DNA of 64,000 nucleotides. Source: Nemertoderma westbladi. Lineage: Eukaryota; Animalia; Xenacoelomorpha. The stretch is taken from contig JAUCBJ010007366.1 of assembly GCA_032718475.1 (NCBI GenBank), positions 1 through 64,000 on the forward strand, in the 5' to 3' direction. The notes beneath the pieces are model-generated. The model made no database searches, was not told the origin of the DNA, and was given only the letters and a program-made list of their open reading frames with translations. A program made the translations under genes and the position numbers. Below, in pieces: positions 47,867 to 59,020 of the stretch. Numbering within the stretch: position 1 is the stretch's first letter; every line of letters begins with the position of its first letter.

Positions 47867-49493
47867 CAGCGTCTGGAGTGGGTGTATGACTATATTATTT
47901 TATCTATTTGTTATATTTTTATATGCGAACTTTATTATGTACTTTATTATAATCGTTTTTATTCAATTTTATTTAGTAGAATGTTATTTTAGTGATTATT
48001 TAGTAGATTAGTGCAATATATTAGTGTTTATTACATACGTAATTACTTATAATATATATTTAGTGCGACGGCGAGAAAATAATTATTTTTCTCTATCCTT
48101 ACTGTCCGTATCATATTATAAATACGTGACTACAGTAAGATGAAATGTCCGTACTTCTTAAAGTACAATAAAGCCACTACTATATTCAAGTATTATTGGT
48201 AGGCAGAGTATTAGGAATGCAAAGTTCAGATCCTCGTGTCTCGGCTAAGCCAAGCTCTGGGTAGACCTTGGAAACGACTTGCCTCTTCACACTGACATTG
48301 CTTCGTGCGATATTGCTCTTCTACCTTATATTAAATAATACATATAGTAGCGTGATGTCCATATAACAGTAGCGTAAAACGCAAATAAATCTGTTAAACC
48401 TTTTGACCATCTGTAATTCTAGTCGATTAAGATATTGCGGCACCCACCGATATACTTGAAAGACCAATTCTAGAATCAGTGGTTAACGTCCCCAGACAAG
48501 TTCTGGAATAAATCGGTGCCCATCTTAAATATTAATTTAATATTTATTAAAATCTGTAAAATTCAGATCCGTTAACAATTCTAGTCGATTAAGATGTCGT
48601 AGCACTTACCGATACTCTTAAAAGACAAATTTCATAGAATTAAGGATCCTATGTCCCCAGACCTGCTCTGGAATCAAATTGTGTCAATTTTAACATCAAA
48701 TAATAAAATTCACGGGAATAAATTCAAATTCATATTTTAAATGAATTTCATAAATTGTCATTTTGTACAATTTATAACATTCCCAAAATTCCATTAATTA
48801 ATAGATCATGGGAGCGGAGATTCATCCTATTGAGTGTATTAGAGTGCGAGAATCTCCAACATATAGTCAATAGCCGATAAAATTAATAAAATCATGCATA
48901 AAGAGGATATTGACAATTAAAGAATTATTATTAAATAGCATCCCAGATCTGTATGCATGAGAATTACCCTAATTCTACCGCTAGCATTCCATAATGTCAC
49001 CATAGCAACACCCACGCTAGAATTAGAAGCAAGTTAAAAGAACAATAGAAAGCTTGTCCCATTGCATAGCATAGAGAATATAGCACACTGTTAGTATCCA
49101 AGGATACACAGTAATAACGTGACATTCTGGAAGGCACTGACTAACGGACAAATGGCCTGTATGTGTGCAGTTGGTGACAGTTGTGTGGAATTTGTGCGTT
49201 TATAGGTGAATGTTACTGCTAAAGTATGTTTACAGTAGCTAGTCGCAATTGTAAAAATAGCCCAACTCTCCTATAGAAAGAACCTAAGTGGATCCAAGCC
49301 TTTGGGACGGACAGTGGAGTGACTTGTGCCGGTTATCGTTGTCGTGCTGTTGCTACATGTTGGCGTAAACACCGCGACGACGGTACATCGGCGCTGAGAA
49401 TCCCACTGTCCGGGGGCAAAGAGAAGTAGGCAGCGACGCCCGCTCGCCTAAAATATAAACTTATTTGGATATTAATAAACTCAGATAGCAGAT

Positions 49494-50762
49494 ATGACGG
49501 AGTTGATAGAAGATGATCTTGGTATTAGGGAGCGATATACTCTACCTTTACAAGCATTTGTGGATAGCTTAATACGCGGTGAAGCCGATCCAACCATTAC
49601 GGAGGACGATGGTCGTTATATCGAACCGCCGATGTCCCAAGAGCAACTTGCACGTGAATTGGACTATCGAAAATTCACCACTCGCTATACGAATCGTAAT
49701 GGTACGTATATGGACTTCTTAACTACCGGCCATCCTATCGATTTGCATGATACGGACGATGTAGATACAGAGAGGGAAATGGTTCTATTTAAATATCATA
49801 CCCAGCGGAGTCGTAACGATAAACCGAGAATAGATCACGAAAATTCTATTCGTAATCGACTGGAAAGAGAAAACGTTGAAGAACCGGATAAACGCATCGA
49901 CTTCAACGAATACCTAGAATTTTTGAGAGAAACCTATCTCAACATCGCCAGTCAGCAGAACTTAGAGACTCGATATCCTCAAGGTATACATCACGACCCT
50001 GTGGTAGAACTCAAACGGCTCTATTTCACTATGATGTATCTTACCGCCGATCGTCCACTACCTGTTATCCCGGATAGTTTTGAACAAATGGAAGAATACT
50101 GCAAAACTGGAGAACGATCACCCGCGTTTCCTCTACAGGACGTACGTCTTTGGTATTATTGTGACGAATGCCCTAGACCCAACCAACAAACTGAAAGACA
50201 TAAACATCCGCGGAGACGTTGCGCTAAACACAGCTTTACGCGTTACACTTACGGGAGTTTCGAGCGAAACCTGTTCGACATACCACCTACGATCGCTCGT
50301 CTTAAACGATCACTGAATAAACCCATGATCAGAGTTCCGGAATACTCGGTCAGGCCTCCTCATTCCCTAGTGAGACCTCAAACTCTTGATCCTAACAGTA
50401 TCACTGATCCTCCCGAACTATATTCCCTGTTCAAAGACTTAGTGTTACCCGAACAATTAATCGGTGGTGCTCCGGTAGTGGGTTCGTTAGACATCCGCCC
50501 ATCCTACTTAGCCGGATTGGGACGCGGGCAGCTAATATCGCCCTTTGATCCTTACAATCGTCCAGGATTAAACCCGATGCAACCCGCCACAGAAGTCGAG
50601 GAGAGCGTTATAAGAAACGCTTTAGACGCCATTCGACAGAAAATCGGAAAGGGAACACAAGATTGTTTAGAGAAACGGAAATTACAACAACAAGTCCATT
50701 ATTTGAAGAAGAGAAAATACAAAGATATGGAAATGTGGAGACGTATACCACTCGGCACATGA
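49494..50762 (+). CDS. Accessory ORF-A (422 aa), unknown function, putative zinc-binding motif
   Basis: Uninterrupted ATG-TGA frame inside the LTRs; contains CDEC-x11-H-x4-C. Confidence 0.75.
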   Translation: MTELIEDDLGIRERYTLPLQAFVDSLIRGEADPTITEDDGRYIEPPMSQEQLARELDYRKFTTRYTNRNGTYMDFLTTGHPIDLHDTDDVDTEREMVLFKYHTQRSRNDKPRIDHENSIRNRLERENVEEPDKRIDFNEYLEFLRETYLNIASQQNLETRYPQGIHHDPVVELKRLYFTMMYLTADRPLPVIPDSFEQMEEYCKTGERSPAFPLQDVRLWYYCDECPRPNQQTERHKHPRRRCAKHSFTRYTYGSFERNLFDIPPTIARLKRSLNKPMIRVPEYSVRPPHSLVRPQTLDPNSITDPPELYSLFKDLVLPEQLIGGAPVVGSLDIRPSYLAGLGRGQLISPFDPYNRPGLNPMQPATEVEESVIRNALDAIRQKIGKGTQDCLEKRKLQQQVHYLKKRKYKDMEMWRRIPLGT

Positions 50763-52996
50763 AGTATAGTGATCTCCCTGACGCTAACCAATGCGCCACC
50801 TTGTGGCATCCAGTAGGGATGACCCTAGAGAACGCCACCAAGGAGTGGAATGAAACCCTTAATGTTATTGAGATGTATGGAGTTGTCACCTACGATAATG
50901 AAGGTAGCGTTCCGGTCGGAGAACTAGGAACTACGCGCATGATCCACATACGCGGATTAGCGGGTTCTACCCACTTGTTTACTCGAGCGTGTTCCGACGT
51001 GATTGATTATTCTTTTGAAACTCTCACCGAAACACAAAAGAATCTCCGACATGGACAATTCGAACTCGCGCAGCGTTACGTCATTGACACCGAACGCAAA
51101 CCGGCCATGGGCATCGATGGATCGATGTTACCCCAGCCCGTACTCGAGATGTTATTCAACGAAAGAATCCTTAAAATCGGCTCAGCTGTTTATGGAGATC
51201 TCCAAAACGACTTTCGGAATATGGAGAACATTCCATACCCTTTCGTTGATACTCAGTTGATTGCTCCCTGGGCAGAAGGTCGAGGTTTCTTCCACACCAT
51301 GTATGCTAATACGTCTAGCAACATTACAAAGGTGCAACGAACTTCCATCGGACATCTTGCCTTTCAGGAATACGGATGGAATTTCAAAGTCGGAAATCCC
51401 ATTAACTATCAACAAGTATACGGAGACCATTATTCTCGATTATACTTTGATGGACCATTGACCGCACCTGGCGCCGTGTATAGCTTCATGAGTGTTCCAC
51501 TCCGTCCCTCTTTAGCTATATACACGATCTTTGAAAACACCGCACTTGCCGGTTGGCTAGCCGATGTGTGCAGTCGTACTATACGCGCCCATCCATTAAT
51601 ACTTGGGACCAAACTCGCTAAGCTAGATGAACATAATAAATTCATCCATTTCGAATGTTTCCGGCGATTTTTAACCCCGTTCCGCAACATGGATAGCCAA
51701 TTTAAAGACCGCGCTTTGACCAAACTCAGCCTAAGAAACTCAGCTGCAGAGAAGTTGGATAGCGCTGGATTCGCCATTTTCAAAGAGATTTGTATATCGA
51801 ACTTGCACTCCTCTGTTATACAAAGACCTCGAATCCCCACAGGTTATTCTGTCGTGGAAATTCAGACAATAGGTCCCCCTGAAGAGACAGACGCACCCAC
51901 TTCAGCTATGCACTTGGAAGACGAACCAATATGTCTAGAATCTGAAGAGATTCAGCCTATCGCGCCCCGGAACAGCGACAACGATTACATCATAGAATGG
52001 TATCAAGGTCCACAGTGTCTCACTGCGTACGATTATCGACATGCCAACTATGTTTCTAGGCAACGTTGTCGGTTATGCGCATCGAGAGACCACGATACGC
52101 CCATGGACACCAACGTCCGCTGTTCCTATTTCCAAGAACAACCGACTATGGAAATTTATTGCGCATATTGCAGACTCAATAACTTGCATATCTTTGCGGT
52201 TTGCCCTCAATTTATGACTCAATGTCACCATTGTCAACTAAAGGGACATGCTAGTTTCGACTGCCCTTTTAATCACGATTTGGAAAGCGTAGATGAAATG
52301 ATCACACTACGTTACATCAGAGCTTGGGAAGCGAACGCTGATTTACATTGTGATTCGCGCCATCGCTATTATCCCGGACGCGCTTACGAAGGAGTTTATG
52401 CGTTCCATCCTTATCTATTCGCTTCGGTTGAACAGAAATCACGCATATCAAGTTACGAGCTACTGAAGCGCGTTGGAGAATGTATTTCAACCAAATTCGT
52501 ACGCAAATTTCTCAGGAGTGTTAATCCTAGCGACCTTCATTCCTATAACTTAATCAATTATATCCGTCAGGATCCGGACTATGGAGACTTGTTTGTTAAC
52601 TCACACCCCGAGTTACAGGAAGTATATCGACGGCCTTACGAATACCGAGCCCGCGAACGCGAGTTGGAAAGGACCATTAAACCCCGGAGGTTTCTAACTG
52701 CCTATGGTCCACCCACGGCCCTCGTTCAGACCACTCGTAAAGGACCCGTAAGAGCAGCTGTCTTGAAACGAGCTCTCAAAGCCGTTAGACCCCTCTCCCC
52801 GGACGTTGATGTCAATCAACCCGGTACTTCGACTGGCGGATACACCGACCATAATCCTACACCCTCTGATGCAATCATATTGCACCCTTCACCCAGGAGT
52901 TATAGCCCTCCTTGTAAAGTGGCTCGCCCCAAAGAGAAAAGGACTCTGGCTAGCTTTAAGAAACTGCGTAAACGCCGTCCGCGCAAGAAAGACTAA
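50759..52996 (+). CDS. Accessory ORF-B (745 aa from ATG 50759): DEDDy 3'-5' exonuclease-like domain, CCHC zinc knuckles and basic C-terminus
   Basis: ExoI VVTYDNEG, ExoII LFNERILKIGSAVYGDL...FVDTQLIA, ExoIII PLRPSLAIYTIFE. Knuckles CRLC..H..C, CAYC..H..C and CHHCQLKGHASFDC. It ends in the NLS-like KKLRKRRPRKK. Confidence 0.75.
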   Translation: MKYSDLPDANQCATLWHPVGMTLENATKEWNETLNVIEMYGVVTYDNEGSVPVGELGTTRMIHIRGLAGSTHLFTRACSDVIDYSFETLTETQKNLRHGQFELAQRYVIDTERKPAMGIDGSMLPQPVLEMLFNERILKIGSAVYGDLQNDFRNMENIPYPFVDTQLIAPWAEGRGFFHTMYANTSSNITKVQRTSIGHLAFQEYGWNFKVGNPINYQQVYGDHYSRLYFDGPLTAPGAVYSFMSVPLRPSLAIYTIFENTALAGWLADVCSRTIRAHPLILGTKLAKLDEHNKFIHFECFRRFLTPFRNMDSQFKDRALTKLSLRNSAAEKLDSAGFAIFKEICISNLHSSVIQRPRIPTGYSVVEIQTIGPPEETDAPTSAMHLEDEPICLESEEIQPIAPRNSDNDYIIEWYQGPQCLTAYDYRHANYVSRQRCRLCASRDHDTPMDTNVRCSYFQEQPTMEIYCAYCRLNNLHIFAVCPQFMTQCHHCQLKGHASFDCPFNHDLESVDEMITLRYIRAWEANADLHCDSRHRYYPGRAYEGVYAFHPYLFASVEQKSRISSYELLKRVGECISTKFVRKFLRSVNPSDLHSYNLINYIRQDPDYGDLFVNSHPELQEVYRRPYEYRARERELERTIKPRRFLTAYGPPTALVQTTRKGPVRAAVLKRALKAVRPLSPDVDVNQPGTSTGGYTDHNPTPSDAIILHPSPRSYSPPCKVARPKEKRTLASFKKLRKRRPRKKD

Positions 52997-53074
52997 CTGT
53001 TTAGAGTATTTACGTATATTAGAAACTGTGATTTTGTATATTTTATAGACTCAAATCCCATTTTCTGGGAGCGG

Positions 53075-54330
53075 TGTAAAAGCTTCTGTGGGATATAACT
53101 GGCCCTTTTGCTTCGCAATCCAGTTTCCCCCCTAGGCGCTGGAATACTCTAAAAGGCTCTATAACTATATATATATTCCCCTCGCCCGCAAGGTACCGTT
53201 ATAGGTGTTTTAACGGACATAAAAGTCATTCTGCTATATACGTGTTTTGGCGGACATGGTAAGGCAAAAAACCTGCAATGCACCAAATACCTTTCACAGC
53301 TTAGCCGTGATGATTCATATTACGACATCTAACAGCTGGTTGCTGACATGGAAACAGCCATTGGCCACATGGTTCTTTGTTTAGCTTAAGCCAATCAGAG
53401 CGATTTTTTCTGTCGATGTGGAGCTTTTCGGCCGATCATACTAGGAGTGTTCAGTCTTACTGTTTTTTGTGATACTTTGTGTTGTTGCTTTCTAGGCCAG
53501 GAACACCGGCTCTAGAGTCAATTCGTTTCATACTTTAGAAGAAACATTAGTAGGCTTAAATTATAGAGCGTATAACTGTTATCACATCATATATCAATTT
53601 ATATCAACTTGTTTCTATTCTTGCATTATCGGTTCAACATACATTATTATACTGCTATTTACTGTTGTGTTTTGGTTGAATATTATTTGGAGAACATATA
53701 TAAAGAACCCAAATTTCCCAATTTTCTTGATACACTACAGGTTAGAGAGGCGGGTTATATATAGCGATTGCGACTTATATTGTTGTGGTTTGTAGTGAAT
53801 TTAATGCTATTTGGTAAGCCCTACATGAGTCAATTGCTGTTCGCTTTATATATGATAAAATTCATTGACGGTCGGCAAATTAGTGAGCAGTATTGTGTGT
53901 TACCGGTAGTGTGCCTGATAGTGATTGATAACTAAGCATTTCCTAAAGAATGCGCCTCATACGTGAATCATAAGCCTTACCGACTTACCGTTGTGATTAG
54001 TATAAGTCATATCTCTGTTTACTTAGATAGAGCGCCACGTCCTAAAGGAACTGTTAATATTTCCCGAAAGTGAATAATATTAGTCAGAAATTATTTATTA
54101 ACGATCAATCGAATAATACAGTAAGCTTACACTGCAATAATAATCTAAGCCCTCAGAATCCAGTCTCCCGGGTATATCCAGCGGGTGAATGGACGCGCAC
54201 TAGGCTGGCTTCTGCTAATGTTGTGTTTATTGGTATTAAATATTTGTCATCTTCTAAAGTCTATTTATAAACCAAAAGACATATAAATTTTGGCAGGTTA
54301 AACTGCTAAAGGTCTTCAAAAGCGCGTACA
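53075..54330 (+). repeat. 3' LTR (1256 bp), preceded by a short PPT-like GGGAGCGG
   Basis: Near-identical to 36356-37618. Confidence 0.97.
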
Positions 54331-56243
54331 AATAGTACAAATGAGTACAAACGAGTGAGAAACGCATACAAAACGTGTATACCAGTGTAGCTGTGTATAG
54401 TAAGTATACACTACACTTACACTACACTTGTATACAAATATAATTATTTGTAAGCAAATGCAACGGCACCTGGAATATGCGCCGCTACAGTGTCAATCAC
54501 TAGCGGCCATGGTCTGATGGTTCTGTGGTCAGTATGAAATGATTGACAGAACTTTGATTCATGTAGATTTTGACTGGCATACAGTACAAGTATAAATAGG
54601 CTACAGTTCGTATAATACAATATAATGCAATAGGCCTACATATTATGTAGTGGGTCAGTGGGTAGATAAAACTCCTATACTGTAACTGTGATTCAAAATT
54701 TAGGTCATAGTCTTAAAGTAGCCCATATACTGCAGTACTGAAGGATAGACTGTATGCTACGTTATGTGGGCTATGTATGTCTGTATGTACGCCTCTATCT
54801 GCAACTTTATTGAGTTCTCCCTCTGTAATTTTGCGGGCTTGGGACCGTTTTTTGTGTTTTTTGAAAACAAAAAGCTGCAATAAAACTCATAAGATTGTAT
54901 TGTAATACTCTCTGACTGTCTGACTGCTAGATCAGCCCCCGCTCAATGCATGGCTCGCCCCACAATCAGAAAATGCTTTGTTTTATTTTGCACATCATGT
55001 GCGCCACTCTAAACGATTTGAACTACACTTGGATACACGTTTTGCAAGCGTTTCTCACTCGTATGTACTCTTTTGTACTATTTTTGCACTCTTTTGTACT
55101 ATTTTTGCACTTTATTGTACTCTTTTGTATTCTTTTGTACTACTATATTGTACTATTTTGTATTTTTTTGTACAAATTCGTCGGTACAACTTGTACTACC
55201 GGTAACTTACTGACATAAGGAAATCTCTGTATTAAAGCTTAAGAAAATCTGGCCCCCAATCACCGCCACCAGTTAACCCGATGGCATGGCCTTTGTTTAT
55301 AGTACGCCTTGAACACGTCGCTCTGGGATGGACAGCGACACGTCAGGCTGTCAGGGTATCCTGTACATCGTGTCGTTCTGTGTGTGGCCAAAAACAAAAT
55401 TACAAACACATACTGTACTGATGTAACATCATTATTTACTAACAGTATATCTAACACCAAAAAGGCGGGAAATTCAAATATGAAATAGAAATTAACAATA
55501 CAGCTGCTGAGCTGTACAGGCATAAGACTGATAGATTCATAGTGCATGCATAACACAGATCAGCAGACAGCAGATACCGGTACGTGCTGATCAGCTGATG
55601 GGTCAAGTGTTAGCGTACCCAGGTACCGGTACTGCAGTACTGCTGTACTTGTAACTTACTGTACTTTAGTTCCAGAGTTTGCCATCCAAGTCCAAGTCAC
55701 AAGTGGACTGTAAACGAATAGGGCCTAACTGTACAAGCAACTAGCAGACTAGTAGGACAGTAGGAGTGCATGAGTGGTAGCCTGGTAGGGCTGTAGGGTT
55801 AGGGTACAGGGTAGGCAGGTCAGCAGGTAGGCGCCTACTACCTGACTACAGTCTGACAGTACTACTGTACTACTGCCTGACTGCATACGGTCAGACGGTA
55901 GGCCTAAATTAATACTGTAAATACCTTAGCTTAATATTGTCTGATTGTAATACAGTAATAGGAATATGCCTACCTTCCTGAGTTCCACCTTACACAGAAC
56001 ACAGGCAGGGCAGACAGGTCAGCCACCAGCAGCACTCTGGCACTCAGCCAGCAGGTAGGCCTATCTGCCTATACGCTATACCGTACTGCACTGCACTGCC
56101 GTGGGCAGGTACAGAGGTAGGTCAGTAGGTACCGGTACGCGGTAGGGCGTAGGGGCGGTCGCGGTACCTACAGTGCTACAGACCTACGTCAGTATGTCGT
56201 GCAGTCAATATATAGGCCTAGCACCTAGCCATTCTGCTAAGTA

Positions 56244-56980
56244 GGGCATGTACGCCGAACGCGTTCGGCGCACAATTTTATCCAGAATTTGGAGCAGGCG
56301 CAGAAAATTGAGAGCGCAGCGCAGCGCCACGCAGCGCCGCGCAGCGCCACGCAGCGCCGCGCAGAGAAAATTTAGAGCGCGGCGCGACAGGCGCAGGCGC
56401 AGAAAATTGATAGCACGGCTCAGACTTGCACTACAGCACTAAGTCAGTACCGGTAAGTAGACCTACCCCTGGCAGTCTGCCGACTACCGGTAACAGGGTA
56501 ATGACAATACAGATAAGACGCATTTCTGTAAGAAATACTGAAATAATAAGCCTCCTACTTGCTACTTGGCTGCTTGGTGTGCTTTAGGCCAGTACAGCAG
56601 TAGGCAGGCAGGTACGTGGTAGGAGATTTCGCGCAGTATTTCTGCTGTGCGCGCCAATGTGTAATGTCAATGCTGTAATGTCAATAATATAATAAAGCGT
56701 CCTACTTCTGTACTTGGTGTGCTTAGGGCTTGCTTAGGCCAGTAGAGTAGGCAGGCGGGTAGGTGGTACGGTACAGTACCGGTACTACAGAGGTAGGAGA
56801 TTTCGCGCAGTATTTCTGCTGTGCGCGCCAATCTCGCGCAGAATTTCTGCTGCGCGCGCCAATCTCGCGCAGTTTTTCTGCTGCGCACGCGGATTTTGCA
56901 CTGTTTTCGACTGCGCAGGCGCACATTTTTTTCTGCGCCGCGTCGCGTTCGGCGCACAAAAAAGTCACTTAGCATACGGG
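56244..56980. repeat. GC-rich foldback-like repeat with GCGCAG subrepeats
   Basis: GGCGCAGAAAA-type motifs on the left mirror TTTTCTGCGCC-type motifs on the right. There is an internal direct duplication at 56545-56660 and 56690-56835. Confidence 0.45.
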
Positions 56981-57934
56981 GCACCTAGCAGCCTAGTGTC
57001 ATGCTGTGGCCTCCCCACTCACAGTAATTTGCACTCACACAGTCACAGTCACAAATTCACATTCATGCGCATGTCTCAGGCAGCAGGCAGGTCAGGTCTC
57101 ACCATTTTGCCAATACCGGTAGGCCTACTATAAACTGCAATAATCTGATACTGCCTCGCTCAGGCCTGCAGGCAGGCAGGCTGCGGCTGGCCATGCCGCC
57201 ATGCGTCCTTCGTAAAGCAGTAAAGTACTGCGTATATCAGGTTACAGGGTTATTAATTCAGTCAGTCAGTAATTGTTTCTGAATATATTGCTATTGCGGC
57301 ATTATTGGCCAGTCTTCCTGCCAGTTGGAAATCAGGCAATGCAGCAATGCAATGCTGCAATGTTATGATTGTGGATTGATTCAAATCATCTCACATAATT
57401 CATAATAAACAATAGACTCATTCGAACGGCAATGGCAGAATGGCACCGTCAACGGCTGCACGGCCACCGACTGACTGACTGACCGAATGTGCAGGAATTA
57501 CAAGTTCGCCACCTTCAAAACATTTACATATCTTCAGTACGTAAAGCAGCTCAACAGCAGTACAGCATTGTAGAATGTATGTAGCATAGACCTATCAATA
57601 TATATACCGGTCAGCCGGTAGTAAAAACCGCGAAATGGCGAAAAGGAAGCATTTTATGTCCCCCTGTATCAATACTGGTAGATGTGGTCTCTATAATACA
57701 GTAATATTCACCGGTAGTTGCGGTATATACGGTACAGCACGGCACAGAAATATATGCAGATACACCAGGCAGTCCTAATCTCAGACGGACTAAATTATTG
57801 GTATGTGTGACATAACATTATTATTAGTGACATAATCATTTTAACCTAAGTGCCATTGGTGGCTTGGTTCTGACGAATACGTCTACCAGTCTACTGGCAT
57901 TAATATTTTCTAGAAAGAAGGACCCGCCTGCAGG

Positions 57935-58013
57935 ATGTTTGAATTCTCCAAATTGCGGTTCCGGTTCATCTTCTCATACATTATGCTGCTGAGCTGTGGA
58001 ATTTTTCATTCAG
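57935..58013 (+). CDS. PRADC1: PRADC1 probable first coding exon (signal peptide)
   Basis: MFEFSKLRFRFIFSYIMLLSCGIFHS followed by CAG|GTAAGT; phase 1 joins the next exon in frame. Confidence 0.7.
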
Positions 58014-58289
58014 GTAAGTCTTATATACCTCATTAACTCATTACAATTTATGTACCGGTAACGTACCCACACCACACTACAGTTAACTATGAACTAAAGT
58101 AATCTCCTCAATTTATGGGTGGGGTTAGAAAAAAATAGATTAAACTATCCTGGTATCATCTCCTTGTGGTTGCTTCCAGCTGTCCAGATAAACAACAAAA
58201 TTGTTCTATAGAATTAGACCTCACATATAGAGAAACAGCTGTGTAAAAGCCTAAATTGTATTTTGACCAAATAGATAAACAATAGGTCA

Positions 58290-59020
58290 GATGCTTGCGC
58301 TACGGAGAATGGGTGAATGAATTACGTCGAAGACCCTTCCTGCAGTTCTGACATTGTGGACGTCAAGAAAGCATTTGACTCTATCCATATAGCTAAACTA
58401 CTGGAAATCCTAAGAGATATGGAATACCAGAAGTACCGGTAATCTTTAATAGCTCAGGTAATCTCATAATTTGAGTTATCAATCCTGGCTGGTGTCATGC
58501 AAGTTGGCACACTGGTTCCAATACCGGTACTATTTATTTGTAATTGTATTGGATTACGCAATGAGGACGGCCACAAATGGAGAAGATCTGGGATTCACAC
58601 TACAAGAACGAAGAAGTATCACATATCCGGCAACTACAGTCACAGACACCGAACTAATCTCTAATACGCTAGTAGATGCACAGCTTCAGCTGAACAAAGT
58701 GAAAATGGCTGCTAAGGAGTTTGGATTGCAAATAAATGCTACGAAGACCGAATACATACCGTATCTTTTGATGTTAATGGAAACTTGTCCACTATTTGTT
58801 TTTAGTTTTTGGTATTTTTATCATTTTAGTTGTATTATTTATTTGTTTGTTATATTTGCCTAAGGTTTTTATGTTTAAAATGCTGGTAAATATGTGTGCT
58901 GGAATATGTAATTGTCTGGAATATGTAATGATCGGCTATGACATATAGACCAACTTGGACGGGATACTGGACTTGAAAGCTGGAAGGATCTAATTTCCAC
59001 TGTCCGAGCTCGCTCGACCT
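58290..59020 (+). mobile_element. Decayed RTE-clade RT fragment in PRADC1 intron 1
   Basis: VDVKKAFDSIH, YLFVIVLDYAMRTATNGEDLGFTLQERRS and AKEFGLQINATKTEY. Confidence 0.75.

Larger units (their letters stand above)
36356..54330 (+). mobile_element. Full-length BEL/Pao LTR retrotransposon, 17,975 bp, with extra 3' ORFs
   Basis: TG...CA LTRs; TSD AATAG at 36351-36355 and 54331-54335; gag-PR-RT-RH-IN order with BEL-type three-knuckle Gag and C-terminal integrase extension. Confidence 0.97.
36262..55184. mobile_element. Short foldback element interrupted by the BEL/Pao insertion
   Basis: Left arm CCGACGAATCTGTACAAAAAAATACAAAATAGTAC... (36262-36355, continuing at 54336) mirrors the right arm ...GTACTATTTTGTATTTTTTTGTACAAATTCGTCGG (~55020-55184). 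Confidence 0.75.

Noticed and set aside
52067-52264. Captured nanos gene
   Set aside because: Cys/His spacing does not match the nanos CX2CX12HX10C-X7-CX2CX7HX4C pattern.
40837-52885. Short antisense and alternate-frame ORFs over gag-pol and the cargo
   Set aside because: These are shadows of the long sense ORFs with no independent motifs.
49494-52996. env gene
   Set aside because: No signal peptide or transmembrane helix is evident; the motifs indicate nuclease and zinc-knuckle domains.
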